A stretch of 64,000 bases of DNA from a virus. The notes below the pieces were generated by a model, which worked only from the letters and a program-made list of their open reading frames with translations, was not told the origin of the DNA and did not search any database. The position numbers were made by a program, and so were the translations under genes. Of this stretch, positions 20,025 through 30,143 are shown one piece after another. Position 1 is the stretch's first letter. Each line of letters opens with the position of its first letter. The DNA lies in the IMG/VR virus record IMGVR_UViG_3300005573_000006, positions 1-64,000 of that record; one strand, written 5' to 3'.

Positions 20025-20695
20025 TTAAATGTTCTTTTTTTTCTTACGTAATATTTGCGCAAAGTTTTACCATCTCCCCAATATTTTAATGAATAAATCG
20101 GAATACGCTCTGAATGGGTGTAATATCTAAGAGAATCTCCTGTTTTTATTTGTACGACCGGATTTTCGCTTTCCCAGTATTCAATTTTATCAAATACATC
20201 TTCTTTGCGCCATCTTTCTTTCGGAAAATTTTTCTCTTCTATACTCCACATCGGTGCTCCTTCAAATAATTTTTTTAATGTTTTTATATAAAATTCTCGT
20301 CCAACTATTTGCGCATGTGTAGCTCCCTCAGGTTTTCTAAAATAAAAATCTCTCATATCTGGCATTACATATAAATTTGAATCACGATAACAAACATCAT
20401 CTCTTGGCGGAATAAACGTAAAATAATCTGGTGGATAAAGAGTATCAGCCTCTGCAGATATTACAAATTTTGTGGTTGCCGCTTCGCATGCAATTAAAAT
20501 TTGTCTAAAACAATTAAAGCCACTAGCCCCAACATCACCTACACAAATATTTGTTCCTAGATTTATTGGTTTTTGAGAGACAGAAATTATAGGAATATCT
20601 CCGCATACTTTTAGAAGATTTTCTTTAATCCTATTTTCAAATCCCTCGTCTTCGCGGTTTGATGTGTAATATATAATACTAACTAAATTATCCAT
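20021..20695 (-). CDS. putative GT-A glycosyltransferase with ExD motif
   Basis: SIIYYTSN, ISVSQKP, SAEADTLY. Confidence 0.65.
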   Translation of the reverse strand: MDNLVSIIYYTSNREDEGFENRIKENLLKVCGDIPIISVSQKPINLGTNICVGDVGASGFNCFRQILIACEAATTKFVISAEADTLYPPDYFTFIPPRDDVCYRDSNLYVMPDMRDFYFRKPEGATHAQIVGREFYIKTLKKLFEGAPMWSIEEKNFPKERWRKEDVFDKIEYWESENPVVQIKTGDSLRYYTHSERIPIYSLKYWGDGKTLRKYYVRKKRTFK

Positions 20696-20728
20696 TTTTA
20701 AAAATAATCTTATGCAACTAATATATTT

Positions 20729-21523
20729 TTACATATTCCACTTTGGTAAAATTTCTTTCTCATAATATTCTCGCCATGTGTCTAAAGCATATTTATAACC
20801 AGCTTCACAATTGGCCGGATTTTCTTCAGTACCGTTATTATGTGTCCTTGGAAAACTTCGATGTTTATGTGCAAACCAAGTATTTTTATTAAGCATTAAC
20901 CTGCCTCCTGCTTTCCATGTTTTAAATTGCATTTCATGAGAATCTTGTATAAGTGGGCCATAATGTTCTGTATCTAGTTCACCTATTACTTCATCCCACC
21001 ATTTTCTAGGCATTACCCAACACGATCCTTGCATGGCCATGGTTTCATCAATCATTATATCTTTACGTTCTTCATCTCTTGATCTCCATCTTTGTGCTGC
21101 AAATTTCTTTCCTTCTTGAATAACTAATTTTTCGTAATCTACATAGGGTATGTCCATAAGTTCCCACTTAACAGGATCTAAATAATATCTTCTGGCAGTC
21201 ATTATCCAATTTGGTTCGCAAACATCAGTCATTGCTTTATCAAAACCCTTAGCAAACATACAATGTTCGTCGGTTCGCATAATAAATTCGCCTCTTGAAA
21301 TAGATACTCCCGCATTTATTGCCCCCCTCATTCCACGATTTCGGCCAAGATGCACATATCTTACTCTTGGGTCTTGTACTATTTCATAAGATGGCCAAAA
21401 ACCATCTAAAACATCAATTATTTCTAATTGATCACCAAGTTCAGATCCTTCTAAAAGTGAATTAATGGTTTTTACAGAATAAGGATCTTTATATGAAGGA
21501 ATTATTATTGATAATTTTATCAT
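20729..21523 (-). CDS. GT-A glycosyltransferase, GT27-like paralogue
   Basis: LSIIIPSYKD, VLDG, NRGMRGAIN, RTDEHC (DxH), GSCW, E...KTWKAGG......AHKHR. Confidence 0.85.
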   Translation of the reverse strand: MIKLSIIIPSYKDPYSVKTINSLLEGSELGDQLEIIDVLDGFWPSYEIVQDPRVRYVHLGRNRGMRGAINAGVSISRGEFIMRTDEHCMFAKGFDKAMTDVCEPNWIMTARRYYLDPVKWELMDIPYVDYEKLVIQEGKKFAAQRWRSRDEERKDIMIDETMAMQGSCWVMPRKWWDEVIGELDTEHYGPLIQDSHEMQFKTWKAGGRLMLNKNTWFAHKHRSFPRTHNNGTEENPANCEAGYKYALDTWREYYEKEILPKWNM

Positions 21524-22247
21524 TTATTTCTAATAACTTATTTGTTAATTCCGGTACATATCCTAACGATTCTGCCCAGGCGGCCCACCCATAAACATCT
21601 TTGGGCAAGCACTTGCTATTTATACCTCTTTTGTCTGGATAGACAAAAGTAAACCAAAGATTAAATCTTGGATCATCTCCATATACTATATCACGAATTG
21701 TATAATAATCAACTCCAGCTTTTTCACAGACATCGTATAACTCTTGACATTGCATTACTTTATATGCTATAGCCCTATTCTCTGAAAGTTTAATTATTTC
21801 AGCTTCATAATTTGTTACCTGTCTTATTACAATATTTGCATTGTATACAGTTTGATATAGTTCTATTATTTTTCTACGATTTTCTGGTTTTCCTCCTAAA
21901 ACTATGAAAGATCTTGTTTTCAAATCATTTAGCGGATGATTTATAGATTCTCCCAAATATTCTGGTTGAAATACAATATTTTTATTGTATGTTTTTTCTA
22001 AATAATCACAAGTTCCAGGCATTACGGTAGAACGAATTAATATTAATGGACTATTACAATTTTTTACCACATCTTCAACTATAGAACAGTCTAATGCACC
22101 GTTTTTTAATGGTGTTGGAACACAGACAATAGAAATGTCCGCAAATTCATTATTTATAAAATTTTGTAATGGATCGTGAACTAAAGCATCTGGAAACAAT
22201 TTTTTCATTGCTTTACCCACGTATCCAAAACCATAAATTTTTATCAT
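21489..22247 (-). CDS. UDP-glucose/GDP-mannose dehydrogenase family protein (lacks the C-terminal domain)
   Basis: GFGYVG, CVPTP, RSTVMPG, PEYL, AEIIKLSEN, DPR, CLPKD. Confidence 0.9.
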   Translation of the reverse strand: MIKIYGFGYVGKAMKKLFPDALVHDPLQNFINNEFADISIVCVPTPLKNGALDCSIVEDVVKNCNSPLILIRSTVMPGTCDYLEKTYNKNIVFQPEYLGESINHPLNDLKTRSFIVLGGKPENRRKIIELYQTVYNANIVIRQVTNYEAEIIKLSENRAIAYKVMQCQELYDVCEKAGVDYYTIRDIVYGDDPRFNLWFTFVYPDKRGINSKCLPKDVYGWAAWAESLGYVPELTNKLLEINDKIINNNSFI

Positions 22248-23095
22248 GGCTTTAGTAAAATATTAATATAAGGAAGAACTGATCTTAATTTTTTAGAAAT
22301 CATTTCGTCAGAAATAGCCGTTTGTGCATCATCAACATCAATATATGGGTTTGTCCCCCTGTTAGCATTATAAAAAATCTGTACCTGGTGCGCAAACTCA
22401 AAAACCAAAGATCTTGGATCAAAACCAGGTAGTTTAGAAATACACATATTTCTTTCTGGATAATAGAAGGTAGTTAACATATTATCATTTACGTCTACGG
22501 GTGTATAACGAATAAATGAATAACGATATGGCAAATACTTTTTATCAAACATTTCATCTGCCAGTTTATATGCGCTAAACTGATCTAATGGCCCTTTAAT
22601 AGATTTGTTTATTATGTCCCACGTGCATGTAAGCATTCCAGCACTATATTTTAATAGTTCATTCTGAAAATTTTTCATTTGTGGAATATTTATATTAACA
22701 ACAACAATAGGAATATTTGTTGAATAAAAATATTCTTCTGGGTCTAAACGTTTTCCGTTCCTTATTATCTGTAAATGAAGATGTGGACCCGAGGTTTGTG
22801 TACCAGAGTTTCCGCTTATTGCTATCGGTTGTCCTTCATTTACTCTTGTTTTAAATAACCATCCCTGTCTAACTAAATATTTATCTAAATGCGCCATTTC
22901 TATTTTGTCACCATTATCTCTTTTAATACCTATCCAGTTGCCACCTTTTGTTTCTTTGAATGTATAAATAGTTCCGCCACATGGTGCATAAATGGTTTCA
23001 TAATTGGCCACATAATCACAGGCAGCACCAAGTCCATCTGCAATATGTTCTTTTACTCCACGTATAAGTTGTCGTCTAAATAATGGGAATGTCAT
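22244..23095 (-). CDS. M23 peptidase endolysin
   Basis: H..........D, IYAP..G, GGNWI, AHL, SGNSG..SGPHLH. Confidence 0.85.
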   Translation of the reverse strand: MTFPLFRRQLIRGVKEHIADGLGAACDYVANYETIYAPCGGTIYTFKETKGGNWIGIKRDNGDKIEMAHLDKYLVRQGWLFKTRVNEGQPIAISGNSGTQTSGPHLHLQIIRNGKRLDPEEYFYSTNIPIVVVNINIPQMKNFQNELLKYSAGMLTCTWDIINKSIKGPLDQFSAYKLADEMFDKKYLPYRYSFIRYTPVDVNDNMLTTFYYPERNMCISKLPGFDPRSLVFEFAHQVQIFYNANRGTNPYIDVDDAQTAISDEMISKKLRSVLPYINILLKP

Positions 23096-23349
23096 TTTGT
23101 TAAAACATATATAGCTAATCCTGTAATAACAGCCGAAAATAAAGATAATATAATGGTTATTACCGGAGAAATTCCCTTAAGTTTTTCCATTTTGTTATAA
23201 ACATCATTTTTAAAATGTTCAAAACAATTACTGGTAAAAAATTTAAAATCGCTTGATAATAAATCAACTTTCTTATCAAGAGATTTATAATTTGCTTCTA
23301 AAGCTGCTAGTTTACGTACTATTTCTATTTTGTAATCTTCTTCGTTCAT
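23092..23349 (-). CDS. coiled-coil plus single-TM protein (holin/hemolysin-like)
   Basis: C-terminal TM helix; coupled to the lysin start. Confidence 0.6.
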   Translation of the reverse strand: MNEEDYKIEIVRKLAALEANYKSLDKKVDLLSSDFKFFTSNCFEHFKNDVYNKMEKLKGISPVITIILSLFSAVITGLAIYVLTK

Positions 23350-26300
23350 TTATTTAATGTTGCTTGGATTATATTGTTCAACTCCAACAACGTCTTGCAT
23401 TATATTATCGACCAAATTTCTGTATTTTTGAAAGAAGTATGGGGATTCATATCTCATCATTCCCTTCATTAATAAAGCATAAAGTTCTTTTGGAAAATCT
23501 ATTATCGGTTGATTTAGATCTAAACCAGTCCATTTTTGTATATTATTTACATAACTATCTGATTTTTTATTAGGAATAGTGGTACCAGATTCGTGTATTC
23601 TTAACATATCTGCAACTGTCGGATTGTCAATATTTTCTTTAGATAAAATACTCTGGACAATATTTCCGCCACCAGATAATTTTGTATTCAAATCTTCTGC
23701 ACTTGCCCTTATTCCCTCTTCTGGACTATTAAACTTTTGTAATACTGTTTTTGAATTTGGCTCTTTTAAATTTGTGGCATTATTATTAATTACTGGTTTT
23801 TCTGTCATCTGTTTTGGGGTATATTTCAACGTATCAATACTTTTACCATTTTCTAATATTGACGGATCTTTTAACTTCGTAGTATCGAATGCTAATTTAT
23901 TGTCTATTGTTGGTTTATTATTTACATTTATAGTATGTGAACCAAACAATGGTGATAAAAGATTTATTATTTTGGTTATTATACCACCACTTTGCTCGTC
24001 TACCCTTTTGTATTGTGGCATATCTTTTATTTTTTGTAAAGCATATGCTGGTTCTTGTTGTGCACCTTGTATAAATTGTTCCGGTGTTTGCGGTATTTCT
24101 GCAGCATAAGCGGTACCACCAAGCGGATTTAACAAAGACAAATCTAATACATCGTCCCATAACCATTTACCAAGATTATAAACACCACGGCCACCTCCAC
24201 CAGCCTGAGAGGTCATAAATTTTGCTAATAGATCTGCTGCTTTTTCTATATCACCAGCGCCAATTGCAGCACCAGCCCTTACGGCAGTTTCTATTCCTCC
24301 ACCTATCGTTCCGGCAGTTGGCCCCATTGCCCATGCAACACCTCTCCCAGATAAACCAGCGGTAATAGCATCTCCTATTATAGACATTACACCGGTGTTT
24401 AATGCCCCTTCTATATATAGGCCTAAGAAAGATTTATCTTCATCTGTTAGCCCTTCCGTTAATGCCCTTCCGGTTATAATTCTTTTAAGTACATTTTGTG
24501 CCATTCCCAATGGAGGATATATGGTTGTAATAATTGCCAAATTTCTTAAAGCCCTCGCATCTCCCCTTAATATTTCATCAAATAAAAACTTGGCTTGTCT
24601 ATATCCAAATGATTTAAACTGAAGTATTGCTGAACCCCATTCATTATTAAACGCCGTTGGTAGTTCAAGCGGATTAAATCCAAACTGAGTATAATCCATA
24701 AAATTTGAACCTATTTTTATAAGATCATCTTCGTTTAAAAATCCTCTCAATATTGCACTTGTTGTATCCGATTCTCCCAAATATTTTGCCACTTCACCAA
24801 AATTTCCTTTTTTGAATTGTCGTATAGCATAAAAAGCTCCAGTGTTTGCAGCATGGGTTCTATTGAGACTTACCTCTGTCCATTTAAATGGGCCAATAAT
24901 TTTATTTATAAATCTTCTCCACGCAGTTGCTTGTTCTTTATTTCCTTTAAATATATTAAACGGTTCTACAATAGTTCCGGCTTTGGCTCCTGTCAAAGTT
25001 GCAAATTCTTGCGCAGTATACTTTTCCATCGGTGATGAAGTAATATGTAACATACTTGCAAATCCTTTTGCAAAAGACGGTAAATCAGCAGCCAACAATG
25101 AGTTTAATGGCTGAAAAGCGTTAGCAATGAAAGATGTTGTCAATTTTGCAGCACCAAGTTGTTTAATTGTTGCTAATGCCTTATAAAGATCTCTTTCTTC
25201 AGCAGATTGTCCAACTCCTAAAATTGCATTTAATTGTCCTCTAACAAATTCTGAAGACCTAATGCCCTCACTTTCACTTTGTTGAACTGCTTTTGTAGCA
25301 ATTCTAACTTTTTCAACGATATCGTCTACATATTTTCTTAATTGAGCATCTGGATCTACCGGTCTACCAGTTGATTCATTTATTTTGGGAGCCTTCAATA
25401 AAGTTGTATATTTAGCTGCATCATCCGCGTTTTGATCTATCATTGCATAAAGCATATCTTTATAATCTTGTGGTTTACGTAATAACCACCCAGCTTCTGC
25501 AGCTTCTTGTGGAGTATCAAATGTAAATTGTCTTGCCGATGCTTGCCCCCAACGAGAATACGCTTCAATTCCAAGATTTTCTCTGTCTATTTTTGCTTCA
25601 GCAGCCAACCTTCTTTCTGATAAATCAGCTATTTTAGATATTCTAGGATCATTATTCATTACATTTTGAACCAATGCTTCATGCATTTCATCTCTAGTTC
25701 TACCGCCAACCGGAGTAATAAGTCTTGGCACTGGTTTTTCTGCCTGTCTTCTTATCTTTGTAACCGGTATTTTTTCTCCTTCTATATATATCTTGATCCC
25801 AGTTGGAGCGGGTTTAAATCCTTCTGCAGCCGTTACAACCGGTTTGCCAGGACCTTCCTTAACAACAGCAACTTCAGGAGTTGCCCCTTCACCCATTTTA
25901 CTATATTTTGGCAATTCTTTTCTTAAAGCATCTCTCAGTCCAGGCATATTTGTAAACTCAGCTATATCAAACTGTTTTTCTTTGTTATAAACAACTTTTA
26001 CATCTTTTTCAATATTAGAAATAATCTGATCTACATCTGAATATTTATATCCTAATCCGGCTAATTCTTCACGAAGATCATTAACGCTTATTTTTTCTGC
26101 CGGAAGAATAAAACCACCTTCAATTTGCGGCAATCTTGATCTATTAGTATAGATTTTTCCGAATTTGGCAACCGGCGCATCAACAATAGCAGAAGTATTA
26201 TAAGTATCTAATATTGCAGTTTTGGCAACGGGATCATCTGTTTGTTTAAGAACAACTTCTAGTGGTTCATGAGGCGCATTTGGAGAAAGTGAATTTTTAC

Positions 26301-27471
26301 CACTTAAAAATAATCCTTCATTATATCTCCTAATAGCTTCTTCTTCCCCAAGTTCATTAACATATTTTTCAAACCTAGATACTGCCTTATCTGCTTGTGC
26401 TTGTGCAGCTCCTTTAATTCTTTTGCTTTCAAGAAAAACATTTTCAAGATCTTTAGTTACGTTTTTAAGACCAAGTTTTTCTAATGTAGTATTTAATGGT
26501 TTTACTAATCCACGCCATATCATTTTGGTTACACCACTGCCTAATTTACCGCCCATTGCTTCATCTACTTTATCAACCATCGGAGCTATTACTTTAGAAC
26601 CAAAAAGCCCTAATCCCCTTGTAGCCAGTGGTGTTACAGCGCCAGTACCAAACCCAAACGGAGCACCAACTATTGCCGCCACCGCTGCTTTATCAATATC
26701 ACCGGTTTCTGCAAGTGTTCTACCGCCAGCAAAGGTGGCCCCAACTGGTGCAGCGGCCAATCCTGTTTCTAAAGCAGCCCTACCTAAACCACCAGCAGCT
26801 CTCATCGTCCCAGCCCTTGCAAGTTCCATTCCAGTTTCTGTTACAACTGGCTTTAACATAGTACCAACAGCTTTTGTTGTAGCAAATTTTGCTGGTACAA
26901 ACGGAGCCGCTGCGGTTGCAGCAATATCAGCAAGAGCACCAACCGTTTGTAATGTAGTTGGTTTTTGAAAAACATCTTCTCCAAGAAGATCGTTGGTTTT
27001 TTGTATAGTATCCGCCAAAGTGGTTCTAAGTCTATTTGCCCGCTCTACATCTCCCTTTGCTTCAGCATCAGTTATACGAGTATTAAATAAATTTATGGTA
27101 TTTTGCGCATCAGAAATTATTTGATTTTTTAACTGTTCATTTTCATTAGCAGTAATGTCTCTGGCAACTACTCCCATACTTTGTGTTGGAAGAAATGTAT
27201 TAAGTAACCAGGAGCCAGCTTTCTTTAAGAACCCTGCGTTTTCGGCGGGTTTAAACATTTCTTCTCCTGGTACTACTTTTTGTACTGGTTGCTGTATACC
27301 AGTTTGAATTATTTGTTGCGGTGTTTGTGGTTGGACTACTTGCTGTTTTAATATTTGGTCTATATCATTTATTGATGGCGCAAAACCATTACCAGACATT
27401 CTAATCTGGTTAGGTGTTTGAGGAGTAGCTCCCCTATTTAAAATTGTATCTATATCATTAATTGAAGGCAT
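23350..27471 (-). CDS. large internal virion/ejection protein with C-terminal lysozyme-like domain
   Basis: 1373 aa; Ala/Gly-rich segments; QFKSF; NNATNLK..FNSPEEGIRA...HESG...YVNNI. Confidence 0.6.
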   Translation of the reverse strand: MPSINDIDTILNRGATPQTPNQIRMSGNGFAPSINDIDQILKQQVVQPQTPQQIIQTGIQQPVQKVVPGEEMFKPAENAGFLKKAGSWLLNTFLPTQSMGVVARDITANENEQLKNQIISDAQNTINLFNTRITDAEAKGDVERANRLRTTLADTIQKTNDLLGEDVFQKPTTLQTVGALADIAATAAAPFVPAKFATTKAVGTMLKPVVTETGMELARAGTMRAAGGLGRAALETGLAAAPVGATFAGGRTLAETGDIDKAAVAAIVGAPFGFGTGAVTPLATRGLGLFGSKVIAPMVDKVDEAMGGKLGSGVTKMIWRGLVKPLNTTLEKLGLKNVTKDLENVFLESKRIKGAAQAQADKAVSRFEKYVNELGEEEAIRRYNEGLFLSGKNSLSPNAPHEPLEVVLKQTDDPVAKTAILDTYNTSAIVDAPVAKFGKIYTNRSRLPQIEGGFILPAEKISVNDLREELAGLGYKYSDVDQIISNIEKDVKVVYNKEKQFDIAEFTNMPGLRDALRKELPKYSKMGEGATPEVAVVKEGPGKPVVTAAEGFKPAPTGIKIYIEGEKIPVTKIRRQAEKPVPRLITPVGGRTRDEMHEALVQNVMNNDPRISKIADLSERRLAAEAKIDRENLGIEAYSRWGQASARQFTFDTPQEAAEAGWLLRKPQDYKDMLYAMIDQNADDAAKYTTLLKAPKINESTGRPVDPDAQLRKYVDDIVEKVRIATKAVQQSESEGIRSSEFVRGQLNAILGVGQSAEERDLYKALATIKQLGAAKLTTSFIANAFQPLNSLLAADLPSFAKGFASMLHITSSPMEKYTAQEFATLTGAKAGTIVEPFNIFKGNKEQATAWRRFINKIIGPFKWTEVSLNRTHAANTGAFYAIRQFKKGNFGEVAKYLGESDTTSAILRGFLNEDDLIKIGSNFMDYTQFGFNPLELPTAFNNEWGSAILQFKSFGYRQAKFLFDEILRGDARALRNLAIITTIYPPLGMAQNVLKRIITGRALTEGLTDEDKSFLGLYIEGALNTGVMSIIGDAITAGLSGRGVAWAMGPTAGTIGGGIETAVRAGAAIGAGDIEKAADLLAKFMTSQAGGGGRGVYNLGKWLWDDVLDLSLLNPLGGTAYAAEIPQTPEQFIQGAQQEPAYALQKIKDMPQYKRVDEQSGGIITKIINLLSPLFGSHTINVNNKPTIDNKLAFDTTKLKDPSILENGKSIDTLKYTPKQMTEKPVINNNATNLKEPNSKTVLQKFNSPEEGIRASAEDLNTKLSGGGNIVQSILSKENIDNPTVADMLRIHESGTTIPNKKSDSYVNNIQKWTGLDLNQPIIDFPKELYALLMKGMMRYESPYFFQKYRNLVDNIMQDVVGVEQYNPSNIK

Positions 27472-30137
27472 TATTGCGGAATAACAGTATAATTATTATT
27501 TTTTAATACCTGTACCTGGGATTCATTTAACATTCTGGTTGTAGATCCGTCTGAACCAATAATTTTATATAAACGAGTTCCGGCAACAGATCCGCTACCA
27601 GTTGTGCCTATGCTTTGTAAATAAGAATTAAAATTTACTATTGGAGTAGTCATATCATTTGGATCGGCAGTGATTCTATTTCCAAATAGATTCCAATCAT
27701 ATTTATCACCTTTACTAATAGCTTTTTTAATATCCGCATCGTTAACATCTAGGTTATTTTTTATAGCTATTTCTCGATACTGAGATTCTGTATATCCACC
27801 ACCATACTGATTTGCAAAATTTATGAACGCAGTTTTTATACTAGCAGGAGTAGGCAATTTGCTGCCTTCAACTGGATATGTACCAGGTCCGGTTGGTTTA
27901 GTTGCTGAAATTAAACTTACTTCACCGGTTATGGGATTTGTATACCACGTATAAACAACATTACTATCACTACCACCAGGTTCAGCATAACCAGGAACTG
28001 TGCCTATTTCTATTTGTCTACCATCACTGGTCACTCCATAAGTATGCATTACACCATTAGCATCAATATCATGAAATATTGTTTGATATTTAGTACCAGA
28101 TATTTTACTTATCTTACTGATCAAAGACGCAGGATAAGTACCGTTTTTATTAATATAATCAAATTCCGCCTGTGTAATATCTTTTAACATTTCTGGATTT
28201 GATGCCAAAAACTGAAGTGCTTGACGCGCATTATCCGCTTCCTTATCTATTCTTTCCTGTAACTTATCATAAGCATTCTGTAAATCATTAAGCTGGTTTC
28301 TATAAATATTATATTGGGTTATTTGGTCGCTTAACCTTGTAGTAACCGTCGCTTCTGCTTTTGCAATTGCATTATTTATAGAATCTAATTGACGCGTCAA
28401 AGCGGCAACCTGTGAAGTTTGTTTATTAGATAGTAACTGTAGTCTTTTATTTTTAATGGTCTGGGTTATATCCGGATTTTCATCATTTTCACCAATAAGT
28501 TTATCATAAGCATTATAAATAGCATCTATTCTTTTTTGTATTGTATTTCTATCAGCATATAGTTTATCTAAACCAAGTTCAGAAGTAAGTTCAGCTCTTA
28601 TCTGTTCAATGGTTTTACCAACAAAAGGATCTTTAGCGGTAAGTGCATCAATTTGTTCTTGCAATTTATTTGCTTTTTTCTGTAATTCAGAATCTTCCCC
28701 ATTATATACTAATTGGGGCAATGGAGAAGGGGTTGTTTTTTCTGGAATCCAATCTGCATTCAATCCCAAAGATTTAAATGTAGCAAGATCTATTTTGTTA
28801 CCATTAGAATCGTATATATCATAACCACCAGGGTTATCTGCCGTAACAGGAACTTTTACTTTATAAAAGTCTCTTGCCTGTGCTGCTTGATTGTCTTTAT
28901 AATTTATTTGTGGATTATAATAAACACTTCCGATAATATCATCAATACGCTGATTAAATCCGGCGGCTGTCCCAACGTTTTCTGGAACGGTAGTAATACC
29001 CCTTGATATTTCTCTAGTACTAGGGATTGTTGTATCAATAGTTGGTGTGGCGGTAGTTGTTAATGGATGTCCCCAAGTATCTATAGACACCTTGTTAGCA
29101 ATGGCTTTTTGTTCTGGAGTTAATTGATTAACATCAATGGTCGGTATTGTTTCAAACCATCCGGGATTTTTATTAAGCCCGGTTGAGGCAAGATCTTTTT
29201 CTTCTATATGTTTAAACATTCCCCCAGTGGTTTCATATATATCTAAGCCTATTTTACCAAAAGTTCTGGTGGTAGGCGTTGTTGTATATCCTTCACCAGG
29301 ACTAAAGATACCAGGTTTATTATATGTTTGTTCAAATCCTGCACTTGGTGCTTGAACTCCGCCCATTGCACTACTGGTTAATGGTGTAGTTGTTTGCGTC
29401 CCCATTGCAGCAACGCTAAAGGGATTAAATGATTGTCCTGTTTGTGCTTGTGCAAGAGATACTGTTTGTCCTGGTTGTACAAAATTTGCATTTATTCCAA
29501 GCCGTTTAAATGCAGAACCAGGATCTGCACTATTAAGTTTTATATATTGTCCATCAGAAGTAGTAACATAAAAATTATTACCTTCTCTAGAAACAGATAT
29601 AACATTTTGTGGCGTAATATTAGACTGTATTAAATCCACCGTCGGCGTTGGCTGTCCGGAAGTTGTTGGTTGTTGTATAAATTGTTGACTATAAGTAGGA
29701 ATTGTTGAACCAGTTATATCTGCCATAGTTTGAGTTTTTGGGATCGATGAAACTGATATTGGTTGTGAACCTGCAATATTTAATTCTTTAGCCTTTTGGG
29801 GATCAGTATAAGGATTAACCATACCAGGAGCTATTTGAGCAGGTTGAACACCCGCCTTCAAGGCAGCTGCTAATTGTTGATTATATGCTTGTTGAGCCAA
29901 GTCTTCTGGAGTCATACCAAATATAGAATCGTAAGCACTTTTAGTATATGTTTTTCCTCCTCTTATGACATAGATATTTCCCTCGCCACCTGTCCATTTA
30001 TCGCCTTCATAATAAATAGGAGTGTCTGGATTAGTCCCCATCGCCTCTAATTCACGCACTCTTGCAAGACTGGCAGCTTGCTGCTCTCGTTCAGAAGCAT
30101 TTGGATCGTATGCATCTTTTAGTTTAATTATTTCCAT
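27471..30137 (-). CDS. virion/ejection protein with coiled coil
   Basis: 888 aa, Gln/Thr/Pro-rich, long heptad region; lies between the tail and large ejection genes. Confidence 0.55.
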   Translation of the reverse strand: MEIIKLKDAYDPNASEREQQAASLARVRELEAMGTNPDTPIYYEGDKWTGGEGNIYVIRGGKTYTKSAYDSIFGMTPEDLAQQAYNQQLAAALKAGVQPAQIAPGMVNPYTDPQKAKELNIAGSQPISVSSIPKTQTMADITGSTIPTYSQQFIQQPTTSGQPTPTVDLIQSNITPQNVISVSREGNNFYVTTSDGQYIKLNSADPGSAFKRLGINANFVQPGQTVSLAQAQTGQSFNPFSVAAMGTQTTTPLTSSAMGGVQAPSAGFEQTYNKPGIFSPGEGYTTTPTTRTFGKIGLDIYETTGGMFKHIEEKDLASTGLNKNPGWFETIPTIDVNQLTPEQKAIANKVSIDTWGHPLTTTATPTIDTTIPSTREISRGITTVPENVGTAAGFNQRIDDIIGSVYYNPQINYKDNQAAQARDFYKVKVPVTADNPGGYDIYDSNGNKIDLATFKSLGLNADWIPEKTTPSPLPQLVYNGEDSELQKKANKLQEQIDALTAKDPFVGKTIEQIRAELTSELGLDKLYADRNTIQKRIDAIYNAYDKLIGENDENPDITQTIKNKRLQLLSNKQTSQVAALTRQLDSINNAIAKAEATVTTRLSDQITQYNIYRNQLNDLQNAYDKLQERIDKEADNARQALQFLASNPEMLKDITQAEFDYINKNGTYPASLISKISKISGTKYQTIFHDIDANGVMHTYGVTSDGRQIEIGTVPGYAEPGGSDSNVVYTWYTNPITGEVSLISATKPTGPGTYPVEGSKLPTPASIKTAFINFANQYGGGYTESQYREIAIKNNLDVNDADIKKAISKGDKYDWNLFGNRITADPNDMTTPIVNFNSYLQSIGTTGSGSVAGTRLYKIIGSDGSTTRMLNESQVQVLKNNNYTVIPQ

Positions 30138-30143
30138 TTTATT

